Position numbers and translations under genes: made by a program. Shown here one piece after another: positions 26,748-37,819 of a DNA stretch of 64,000 nt. How positions within the stretch are numbered: position 1 is the stretch's first letter; every line of letters starts with the position of its first letter. The DNA comes from Eledone cirrhosa (Eukaryota). The notes under the pieces are model-generated. The model did no database searches. It had not been told where the DNA came from and saw only the letters and a program-made list of their open reading frames with translations. The DNA lies in the NCBI GenBank assembly GCA_964016885.1, contig OZ024763.1:1364001-1428000 (forward strand). The letters run 5' to 3'.

Positions 26748-27249
26748 GTAAGTCTACCCTGGAAGTATTCAGTCTTTTTTATCCTTTTGTCCTAATTAGA
26801 AATCAGTGTATTGGCTGGCAGTATCGCATGAGGGTAGGACACCATGCTTTGCAACATAGTTATGGCCCTTTACGGTCTGAGTTCAAATCCCGCTGAGGTT
26901 AACTTTGCCTTTCATCCTTACAGGGTCAATAAGATAAAGTACCGGTAATGCACTGGGGTAATTGCTGGCCTTGTGCCAAAAGTAGAAGCAATTATTGTGT
27001 GTGTATATCATGACTCATACACTGTTCACTTCCCTGACATTTGTGCTTTATTCTATGTACTATACATGCACCTTTGATGAGTTGTAGTGCACCTGAGCAC
27101 TGTACACAATAATTTTCATTATTAATTCCTGCCAAGGTTAACTTTGCCTTTCATCCTTACGGTCTTGATAGGATTTCATGTTTAACATAGGTCAATGGCT
27201 GAATTTTTGTGTTTATCCCTCCAATCTCTTCAAGTGAAAATACACCAAG

Positions 27250-27281
<32 letters not shown>

Positions 27282-27329
27282 ACTTATGCAAGCATCGGAA
27301 AAATGGTCAGTAAACGGTGGTGATGATGA

Positions 27330-27395
<66 letters not shown>

Positions 27396-27424
27396 ATATA
27401 TATATATATATATATAATATATAT

Positions 27425-27870
<446 letters not shown>

Positions 27871-28086
27871 TATATATATGGGATAACAAGTTATCGTTAT
27901 AGGTAATCCAGTTAGAGGTTGTGAGTACTCTGTATTGTGGATAGTTTTAATGTACGGCTTTGTTTGACTCAACAAGAGCTTTCCTTAGTTAGGCAACGAG
28001 TTCTCGGGAATTCCTATGCAGGTTAATCTTGTAGTAATAATAGTGAAAGAGTGAAGAATAACATGGTCAACAGTACAAAAAGTTTT

Positions 28087-28134
<48 letters not shown>

Positions 28135-28295
28135 GGAAATCAGTAAAATCGAATCTCTGGCGATTTGCAAGTAAATTCGGCCTACTTATATGAAATGATG
28201 AGTTAGCAAAGCACTCGATAAGATGGGGCCTCAGAGTTATAACATACGTTTAAATAGCTTGCCAAATCGAACATTGTGGTAGGCGAAACTAACAC

Positions 28296-28360
<65 letters not shown>

Positions 28361-28745
28361 TCATCATCATCATCAGCGTTTAACGTCCGTGTTCCACGCT
28401 TGCATGGGTTTGGACGGGGGTAGTCCCACTTGAGGCAAGAGTGATTGTCTTGCTCGCATAGGACTGTCTGGCAGGTTTTCTACAGTTGGATGCCCTTCCT
28501 AACACCAACCACATTTACAGTGTGGGTCTGGGAGGTTTTTACCGTGTTGCCTACACGGCCACATTACAGCGTGGACTGTGTGTTTTTTTGTCGTGACACC
28601 TACACGATCTCATTTGTTTCGGCCTCGATGGCGCGGCACCAACATAACTTTACATAGAACGGGGTGGTGTGGATCGGGTGGGGGTGGTGGGACGGGGTGT
28701 ATTTGTTAGAGATGCCTACTGGCTGGAGTAGGTTTTACTATATAT

Positions 28746-31700
28746 TTAGGTAAGGCGGGTCTTCTCTGTTACTGAGTACCGCCAAAGGTCTCGGTCCAGT
28801 GACATTGTCTTGGAGAGGTGTAAGTGTGTGATGTCGGAGTTTATCAGCTCGTCCCAGGTTTTTCTAGGTCTGCCTATTCCGTGACTACCGTCTATCTTTA
28901 TTGCCCTGCACTTTGTTATACAGCTATCGACTTTCATGCGCATCACGTGTCCATACCAACGTAGCCTTCTCTCGAGTAAACAACATCTGATCCCTCTTAT
29001 CTCTAATTTATTCCTTAGTTCGTTTATGCTTTGCCGTTCACGTATATTACTGTTACACATCCAGCGGAGCATGCAAGCTTCGTTCCTCTCTAGTCTGCGT
29101 ATATCCTCTGCACACAATGCCCAGGTCTCACTGCCATGCAGCATTGCTGTTCGTATGCAGGCATCGTACAACCTGCCTTTCATTTTTAGTGAGAACCCTT
29201 TAGCAGCTAATAGTGGTATAAGCTCTCTGAACTTTTTCCAACCAGTTCTGACTCTAGCTACAGTACTTTCAGAGCACCCTCCCCCACTGCTGATTTTATC
29301 GCCCAGGTAACGGAAGCTGTCCACTATTTCTATAGAACCCTCTGCGCAATTGAAAGAGCTAGTAGTTTGTGGGCACTTGCTGCTACTTATTGCACCAGAG
29401 CACCGGCCACATGTAAAATCTATGTTCTTAGTTAGCCTACCTGTGATCCCACTACATCTTTTATGCACCCATACTTTGCATTTAGGACATAAAATGGAGT
29501 TTCTACCTACGCCTTTCCTACACACCGAGCACGACCATTTCCCAGAAGGGACCGCCGCCTTGTTTTCTTTCCTACAAACTAGTACTTTGGTCTTAGCCAG
29601 GTTAATTTTAAGTCCTTTTGACTCTAGGCCGTGCTTCCATGTTTGGAATTTCTTCTCTAGCTCGGCCATTGATTCCGCTATGAGTGTCAGGTCGTCTGCG
29701 TATAGGAGTTCCCATGGGCAGCCTGTCTTGAACTCCTCTGTTATGGCCTGAAGGGCAATAATAAATAGTAGTGGACTGAGAACAGAGCCCTGATGGACGC
29801 CGACTTTTACGCTAAACTCTTCACTATATTCGTTGTTAATTCTAACCTTGCTGACTGTTTCTTTATACATGGCTTGTATAGCCCTCACAAGCCATTCGTC
29901 AACGCCTAGTTTTCTAAGAGCCCACCAGATAATGGAGCGGGGGACTCTGTCGAAGGCTTTCTCCAAGTCGACAAAAGCTAAGTAGAGGGGTTTACCTTTA
30001 GCTAGGTACTTCTCTTGTAGTTGTCGTACTATGAAAAGAGCGTCTGTGGTACTTTTGCCTGACACAAACCCGAACTGCATTTCATCTAGGTCAATTCTCT
30101 CTCTGATTAGTTGCGCTATTACTCTTTCCGTGACCTTCATGACCTGGTCGATTAATTTAATGCCTCTATAGTTACTCCTATCTAGGGCGTCTCCTTTACC
30201 CTTATAACAGTTAACGATGATGCTGCTATGCCAGTCCTTCGGAACAACCCCGTTTTGTACGACTTGGTTAACTATGCGGGTGACCATGGTGTGTCCCACC
30301 GTGCCAGATGCCTTCAGCATCTCAGCAACTATTTCCGAAGGCCCAGCCGCCTTACCAGTCTTCATATCCTTGATTGCCTTACTTATTATACTCCCCTCGA
30401 CTAACACTGCTGGTCCCTCTATTGGGTCGATATGGGGGAGACTGCCTTTCTCCCAATTATTCTCCTCATTTAGAAGCCTTTCATAGTGACACTTCCAAGC
30501 TACCTTCTTATCAGCGTCGGTGATGGCAAGTGTGCCATCGTCGTTTAGTACACACTTCTCCCCGACAATATCACGGTTTTCCTTGACGCATTGCCTAGCA
30601 ATCCTGAACACCTCACGTTTTTGGTCATCGCGTTGTAGAACATGCTTGAACTTTCTTTCCTCAGCTTCCCTTCTTGCTAAGTACACTTGTCTCCTAGCTT
30701 CCCTCCTGGCCACTTGATAGTCCTCTCTACTTCCCCCATCCCGCCATACTTTCCAAGCCTGCTTTTTGGCCTTAATTGACCCCTCCACCTTACTGTTCCA
30801 CCACCATGTTACTCTCCTCCTGCCTACAGGCCTGCTCCAGCCACAGACCTCGTCTGTCGCCAACAGCAGGTTTGCTTTCAGAAATTCCCACTCTCCCTCT
30901 ATATTGTCCGACTCTAAATGTTCTTCCTTACTGTCGAAAGCATCAAGTAATATGCTTTGAAATTTATTCCTGGCTGTGGGGTCCTTTAACTTCCATATTT
31001 TCCTCCTGAGGATAGTCCTCTTCTGTTGTCGAGTACGTCTCGTCCTGACTATGAGGTCGCTAATTATCAGTCTATGTTGGGAGGTGCATTCTTCATGGGG
31101 GAGGGATTTAGTGTTAACAACAGACACTCTGTCACGTCTTCTGGTAAGGATATAATCTACCTGGCTTGTGTGTTCCCCGGATCTATAGGTGATCAGGTGA
31201 TTGTCACGTTTTTTGAAGTTAGTGTTACAGATAGTTAGGTTATTTGCATCACAGAATTCCAGGATTCTGGAGCCTTCCTCATTTCTAGTACCAAACCCAT
31301 AGCCTCCATGGATTTCGTCGTAGCCGTCACAATGTTGTCCAACGTGACCATTTAGGTCGCCTGCGATAATTATATAGTCACTGTCGGATATTTGGGAGGT
31401 AGTTAGCATCAGTGTCTCATAGAATCTGTCTTTTATAGTGCCGGGCAGTCCGGATTGGGGTGCGTACGCAGATATTACTGTCACCGTAGTTCTATTGAGG
31501 ACAAGTCGTATTTTAATTATTCTGTCGTTCACTCTATTTACGTCTATTATCTTATCTGCCCACTTTTCTGCTACCATGATTCCTACTCCACCCAGCCCAT
31601 CGTCGTTTCCCACCCAGAAAAGCTTATAACAACGTTTTTTACCCTCAATGAACCTAGCAGACCCACCCCTCCACCTGGTCTCTTGAATACAACAAACATC

Positions 31701-31976
31701 GACCTCCTTACGTTCAAGCATTTCTACAACCTCGTTAGCGCGACCCTTTAGGGTGCCTACATTTATGGTACCAACTCTGAAGTTTTGGATTGCGTTTGGG
31801 GGTTGGGGGCGGTGAGGGGCGGGGGGCGATGGGGTTATGTTAGCCGTCCGCGGTCGAAACAATGAGGAGTGCTCGCATTCTCGTCCAAGGGGTGAATTTG
31901 TCTTTATCTTTGGCATTGTCGCTGAGCGTCCAGATTTTTCTCTCTCACCTCCACTCTCCAGGATTCCGCAGTCCAT
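28746..31976 (-). CDS. LINE polyprotein: AP endonuclease + reverse transcriptase + PHD-like zinc finger (start codon uncertain: ATG at 31976 or 31916)
   Basis: EN motifs GTINVGTL, CIQETRW, SAYAPQ, GDLNGH, VDYIL, SQHR. RT motifs QFGF, FVDLEKAFD, QGSVLSP, YADD, FRYLG. RTE-type C-terminus RLRWYGHVMR..GRPRKTW. Confidence 0.95.
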   Translation of the reverse strand: MDCGILESGGEREKSGRSATMPKIKTNSPLGRECEHSSLFRPRTANITPSPPAPHRPQPPNAIQNFRVGTINVGTLKGRANEVVEMLERKEVDVCCIQETRWRGGSARFIEGKKRCYKLFWVGNDDGLGGVGIMVAEKWADKIIDVNRVNDRIIKIRLVLNRTTVTVISAYAPQSGLPGTIKDRFYETLMLTTSQISDSDYIIIAGDLNGHVGQHCDGYDEIHGGYGFGTRNEEGSRILEFCDANNLTICNTNFKKRDNHLITYRSGEHTSQVDYILTRRRDRVSVVNTKSLPHEECTSQHRLIISDLIVRTRRTRQQKRTILRRKIWKLKDPTARNKFQSILLDAFDSKEEHLESDNIEGEWEFLKANLLLATDEVCGWSRPVGRRRVTWWWNSKVEGSIKAKKQAWKVWRDGGSREDYQVARREARRQVYLARREAEERKFKHVLQRDDQKREVFRIARQCVKENRDIVGEKCVLNDDGTLAITDADKKVAWKCHYERLLNEENNWEKGSLPHIDPIEGPAVLVEGSIISKAIKDMKTGKAAGPSEIVAEMLKASGTVGHTMVTRIVNQVVQNGVVPKDWHSSIIVNCYKGKGDALDRSNYRGIKLIDQVMKVTERVIAQLIRERIDLDEMQFGFVSGKSTTDALFIVRQLQEKYLAKGKPLYLAFVDLEKAFDRVPRSIIWWALRKLGVDEWLVRAIQAMYKETVSKVRINNEYSEEFSVKVGVHQGSVLSPLLFIIALQAITEEFKTGCPWELLYADDLTLIAESMAELEKKFQTWKHGLESKGLKINLAKTKVLVCRKENKAAVPSGKWSCSVCRKGVGRNSILCPKCKVWVHKRCSGITGRLTKNIDFTCGRCSGAISSSKCPQTTSSFNCAEGSIEIVDSFRYLGDKISSGGGCSESTVARVRTGWKKFRELIPLLAAKGFSLKMKGRLYDACIRTAMLHGSETWALCAEDIRRLERNEACMLRWMCNSNIRERQSINELRNKLEIRGIRCCLLERRLRWYGHVMRMKVDSCITKCRAIKIDGSHGIGRPRKTWDELINSDITHLHLSKTMSLDRDLWRYSVTEKTRLT

Positions 31977-32144
31977 CCATCCATCATATATCGTATATCG
32001 AAAGGCAACCAGGCAAGCGATAGTATAGGCCTCTGGTTTCTGATTGGTCCGCGTAATAATACTGGTGATACGTGGGGGCTGTTTTATGATTGGTCCACGT
32101 AATAGCAATGGTGGTTTGTGGGGGTGGGAGGGAGGGGTGTTGGG

Positions 32145-33354
32145 TAGCTAGCAAGAAGGTAATGATTGAGATGGGTCTATGCATTTAACAAGCGATTAAC
32201 AAAAATACAAAATTTGTTCAGTTAAATACGTCCAAAAACCTAAACGTATTTAGCACTTAATAGGAACAGAAAATGTAGTTTGTTTTAGCGATAGAATGGC
32301 TATTTGGACTTGAAATACGAAATGAGAGAGAGAGAGAGAGATGAAGTCTGTACATTACGTTTACATGATTTTCGTTCGGACAGCAGGCAAAGAAATGAAA
32401 TTTGGCGAAGTGAATTCCTATCATATATTTATAGGGAGAGAGAGAGAGAGAGAGAGTGCGAGGGTAGGGGGCCACATGATGGCTGTGGGTGTTAGGCGTT
32501 TGACCGCCCCGTGCCTTCGAAGAAGGAAGAAGGAAAGGATTTTGCTTTTTTTGTTTTGAAGATACGCTAGAATTAGGGATTGGGGTTTGAAAATACGTTA
32601 GGAATTAAGGTTTGAAAATAGCTAGCAAGAAGGTAATGATTGAGATGGGTCTATGCATTTAACAAGCGATTAACAAAAATACAAAATTTGTTCAGTTAAA
32701 TACGTCCAAAAACCTAAACGTATTTAGCACTTAATAGGAACAGAAAATGTAGTTTGTTTTAGCGATAGAATGGCTATTTGGACTTGAAATACGAAATGAG
32801 AGAGAGAGAGAGAGATGAAGTCTGTACATTACGTTTACATGATTTTCGTTCGGACAGCAGGCAAAGAAATGAAATTTGGCGAAGTGAATTCCTATCATAT
32901 ATTTATAGGGAGAGAGAGAGAGAGAGTGCGAGGGTAGGGGGCCACATGATGGCTGTGGGTGTTAGGCGTTTGACCGCCCCGTGCCTTCGAAGAAGGAAGA
33001 AGGAAAGGATTTTGCTTTTTTTGTTTTGAAGATACGCTAGAATTAGGGATTGGGGTTTGAAAATACGTTAGGAATTAAGGTTTGAAAATAGCTAGCAAGA
33101 AGGTAATGATTGAGATGGGTCTATGCATTTAACAAGCGATTAACAAAAATACAAAATTTGTTCAGTTAAATACGTCCAAAAACCTAAACGTATTTAGCAC
33201 TTAATAGGAACAGAAAATGTAGTTTGTTTTAGCGATAGAATGGCTATTTGGACTTGAAATACGAAATGAGAGAGAGAGAGAGAGATGAAGTCTGTACATT
33301 ACGTTTACATGATTTTCGTTCGGACAGCAGGCAAAGAAATGAAATTTGGCGAAG

Positions 33355-33359
<5 letters not shown>
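32145..33359 (-). repeat. ~2.6 tandem ~470-bp monomers forming the LINE 5' region (32145-32618, 32619-33088, 33089-33359)
   Basis: Near-identical direct repeats differing mainly in (GA)n length. Confidence 0.9.
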
Positions 33360-33395
<36 letters not shown>

Positions 33396-35130
33396 GTGTG
33401 TGTATGTCTTGTTTGTGTGAAATGTCTGACTCACCCTGTTACTGTCTCTCCAGTCTTCACAGGTGGAAATACACCCACTATACTAGGGTTGGCTTCCTCT
33501 TGTTAATGGTAGAGTTGTTGTTGTTAATGACACTGTTGTCGTTGTTGCCTTCCTCTTGTTAATGATGAAGATATAGAGCGAAATACAAAATCCACCAGCA
33601 GACAATTATATAAAAAAAACTATCTAGAAATAAAAGTCAACATTTCTGTCTGGGATATAAAGATTTGTTTTACATTTTCACAAAAAACGTAACGATATTC
33701 TCAATGGACGGGCTTACAATATTTGAATATAACTGAACCGTCGTGTCATTTAATTTGAAAAGTGGAGCAAAGTAAAAGGAGAATAGTGAATTTGGAGTGT
33801 CAATCCCTTCTTTTTTTTTTTTTTTTTTCAATACCGGACTTACAGTTTTCCAGGATTTATACACATTTTTTTCTTTTTTTTTCTTTTCCTTCAAAAGGAT
33901 GGAGGCGTTTTATCTCCTCGTGAAACTGACATTACTTAATCATGTTCGTCATCTATGGCTTATTCATATGTATTATTTCATAACTCTATAGAACTTTTAG
34001 AATGTTTGTGCAGTGTTCTGTGTTCTGTGTCCAGCCAGGTTTGCACAACAGGTAAGAAAAATGATGATTCGGTGACGGTTTCTTCTGATAGGAGCCTCTT
34101 CCACGTCGGAAGATCGAAGTGTGTTTTCTTGTCTTCTTCAATACTTTCATAAACGGCTTCGGAGATTTAAAACTTATGTTTCAATTGGTGCTTCCATTTC
34201 CACACGGTTCTATTGTCTTATTTACAAAAATATATTTCTATATATTTCTTTATTTATTTCTCTTCTTTTAGTATAATATAGCGAGTTGTCACCAGTGATG
34301 TTTGAAGTTCCTTTTGTAGGAGCATATTATTTCTGTAGAAAATTTTAAGTGTGCATTTCAGATTTAAAAAAATTTTTTAGAATTGCCCAAATCTTTGAGA
34401 CAAATGCTATGACCTTATGTTTGATATTCTCTGAGTTTGAGAAGCATTTGTAATAGGTAGTCTTTTAACTATCATTTACTACGTAAACACATAGTATTTC
34501 ACACAAAATGTAATCTTACTGCACAGAATTAGATTTAGAAGTATACAAGTGGTGGTCAACTGTACATTAAAATAATTACTGATGCATTTTGCTTCTGAGG
34601 TGTATGTAACATGTGTTTCAACACTATTAACTGTCACTATAATGCTAAAGCCTCATTGCAGGACATTTTGTAGCCTGCAATTGGAATATTACAGGATGAT
34701 GTTGTTGTTGTTGTTGTTGATAAGTCAGCCTTGATCAAATGGAGCTAACATCAAAGATATTTCAACCATGACCAACTCATCTTTTTATTTGTGAATCTAG
34801 GACTGTATTTTGCAGTCTGTTCTTTTTCAGCATAGTATAGTGTGATTTGAGGAATTTCGTTATTGTTTCTCAGGCAATCTCTTGACGTCAGCTTCGGATA
34901 AAGATCCTCACTAAGCTTATCTGTTTACTTTTGGGTTTCGGGGTCTCAAATAATTGCCCAACCCTCACCTCCATGCTTATAATTTTTCAACCCCCTCTTA
35001 TTATTAAATGTTGCTAATCCCTCCAAATTGCTGGCCTTGTGCCAAATGTAAAAGCAGTTATAATGCCTAATAAAAATGTTGCAACTATTCCAATATTCTC
35101 CTTTTTGTTGCTGCTCATCACAAAGAAGCT

Positions 35131-35169
<39 letters not shown>

Positions 35170-35353
35170 ATATATATATGTATGTATATATATATATGTG
35201 TGTGTGTAAAATGTCTTGCCTCACCTTGTTTCTACCTCCGATCTCCTCAAGTGGAAACACACCCACTATATATATATATCATCATCATCATCATCATCAT
35301 GTTATGTCCGCTTTTCCCTGCTTGCAAGGGTATATATATATATATATATATAC

Positions 35354-36145
35354 ATATGAAAAAGTTTGTCCTCATCAGTGGCCTTCCAACCGTCGTAGGC
35401 ATTTCGTCGCATTAAAGGCCATATACCTCAGGTTGGTGCGAGCAACGGCTAAAAAAAGTCGTTGTGACACATAAATAAAGGGGACGCTAGGGTAAACAGA
35501 CAAAATGGTTTAAGCAGCAGAAAGTGATGAAGAAGAAACAAGTCCCAGATTTCTATGAATATAAATTCGGTGGAATCGTGAACGAGAGAATAAAGACCAT
35601 CAAACCTGGTTGAAATGTGAGCAAGGAAGGAATTTCGCACAGGTCTAACGGGAGGAAGAAGGGGTCTGGTCTGCGAATTCGGTAAACATAAGTTCTGTGA
35701 AGTCGCAGACGAGAGAGAGAGAGAAAAAAAATTAATACTGGCTTGGCCAAGTGCCCGCGAGAAAAGGATTACAGACAGGTCAAACGGGAAGAAAAGGATT
35801 ACGGACAGGTCAAACGGGAAGAAATACACCCAGACCCCTTCTTCCTCCCGTTAGACCTGTGCGAAATTCCTTCCTTGCTCACATTTCAACCAGGTTTGAT
35901 GGTCTTTATTCTCTCGTTCATGATTCCACCGAATTTATATTCATAGAAATCTGGGACTTGTTTCTTCTTCATCACTTTCTGCTGCTTAAACCATTTTGTC
36001 TGTTCACCCTAACGTCCCCTTTATTTACGTGTCCCAACGACTTTTTTTAGCCGTTGCTCGCACCAACCTGAGGTATATGGCCTTTAATGCGACGAAATGC
36101 CTACGACGGTTGGATGGCCACTGATGAGGACAAACTTTTTCATAT
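35354..36145. repeat. Inverted repeat with ~315-bp arms and a ~160-bp spacer containing a 30-bp direct repeat
   Basis: 35354-35669 is the reverse complement of 35831-36145 with few mismatches. Confidence 0.9.
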
Positions 36146-36178
36146 GTAACCCATTTGCAGCGCCGCAGCTCCATTATT

Positions 36179-36233
<55 letters not shown>

Positions 36234-36390
36234 AAAATGTCTTGACTCACCTTGTTTCTACCTCTCTGATCTCCTCAGGTGGAAATACACGCAGTATATA
36301 TATATATATATATGTATGTGTGTCTTGTTTGTGTAAAATGTCTGACTCACCTGTTTCTACCTCTCCGATCTCCTCAAGTGGAAACACACC

Positions 36391-36461
<71 letters not shown>

Positions 36462-36544
36462 GTGTGTGTGTGTCTTGTTTGTATAAAATGTCTTGACTCA
36501 CCTTGTTTCTACCTCTCCGATCTCCTCAGGTGGAAATACACCCA

Positions 36545-36587
<43 letters not shown>

Positions 36588-36646
36588 AGTCTTGTTTGTG
36601 TAAAATGTCTTGACTCACCTTGTTTCTACCTCTCCAATCTCCTCAG

Positions 36647-36847
36647 GTGGAAATACACTAGATGCTCCATGGATTGATATGCGTCGTTATGCCTATCCTC
36701 CGACTGCTGCAGCTCAAAGTCATTTAGTCCAACAATCTGCGGGTAACAGCTCCAGTAGCAATACACCCCATATACCCGGGGTTTACCCACCCACAAGTTT
36801 AGCTAATGATCTGTTGGCACGAGAGAGGGAACGTTTGGAACGGTTAG
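36647..36847 (+). CDS. RERE: Atrophin/RERE exon e (phase 1 to 1, 201 nt): GNTLDAPWIDMRRYAYPP...YPPTSLANDLLARERERLERL
   Basis: cctcAG acceptor with upstream TGACTCAC branch-like motif, GTAAGT donor, RERERL motif; phase-compatible. Confidence 0.88.
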
Positions 36848-37066
36848 GTAAGTCAATAGCAATTTGTACTAATACTACTAGTGTTACTGTTGTTGGTACT
36901 ACTACTACTACTACTACTACTACTGTTAGGTAAGTCAATAGCAATTTGTACTAATACTACTAGTGTTACTGTTGTTGGTACTACTGTTACTACTACTACT
37001 ACTACTACTACTGTTAGGTAAGTCAATAGAAATTTGTACTAATACTACTAGTGTTACTGTTGTTGG

Positions 37067-37103
<37 letters not shown>

Positions 37104-37166
37104 GTTAGGTAAGTCAATAGCAATTTATACTAATACTACTAGTGTTACTGTTGTTGGTACTACTGT

Positions 37167-37200
<34 letters not shown>

Positions 37201-37350
37201 GTTAGGTAAGTCAATAGCAATTTGTACTAATACTACTAGTGTTACTGTTGTTGGTACTACTGTTACTACTACTACTACTACTGTTAGGTAAGTCAATAGC
37301 AATTTGTACTAATACTACTAGTGTTACTGTTGTTGGTACTACTGTTACTA
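36843..37350 (+). repeat. 82-97-bp tandem units each containing the exon e donor TTAG|GTAAGT
   Basis: AG|GT junctions after 36847, 36929, 37017, 37108, 37205 and 37287. Confidence 0.92.
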
Positions 37351-37819
37351 CTACTACTACTACTACAACTATTACTGTTACTGCTATTATTATTACTGCT
37401 ACTACTACTATTACTATTACATACTACTACTACTACAACTATTACTACTGCTATTACATACTACTACAACTACTGTTTACAACTACTACTACTTATACTA
37501 CTACTACCACTACTAAATGTGTGTGTGTTGTCAATACAATACTATATCAATATTGTTTTATAATTTATTGAAGATTCTAAAATATTTAACTGATGATTTC
37601 TTAAAAAGTTACCCAGGAAAATATCTAAGTTTTATATTCTGGTATTATTGAAAGTGTGTATATGTTATTACAATACTATATCAATATATGTTATTACAAT
37701 ACTATATCAATATATGTTATTACAATACTATATCAATATATGTTATTACAATACTATATCAATATTTGTTATTACAATACTATATCAATATATGTTGGAT
37801 TAGAATTTACTGAGGATTC

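Larger units (their letters stand above)
28358..33359 (-). mobile_element. Apparently full-length RTE-clade LINE, antisense in a RERE intron, flanked by (TA)n on both sides, with (TGA)n 3' tail
   Basis: Single uninterrupted APE-RT ORF, ~390-bp 3' UTR ending in (TGA)n, tandem 5' monomers, (TA)n at 28299-28357 and 33358-33391. Confidence 0.92.

Noticed and set aside
28936-32028. Plus-strand ORFs overlapping the LINE
   Set aside because: Antisense shadows of the LINE ORF with no recognisable motifs or splice context.
33560-34700. Unique-looking AT-rich stretch as a possible degenerate transposase or exon
   Set aside because: Frames examined were interrupted by stops and no motif could be named with confidence.
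36060-36135. GAAA and CTGATGA in the arms of the large inverted repeat as a hammerhead
   Set aside because: I could not form stem II or a UH cleavage site in any topology.
37588-37630. CTGATGA...GAAA on the + strand (also CTGATGA on the - strand near 57761)
   Set aside because: No supporting stems; likely chance matches or too decayed to call.
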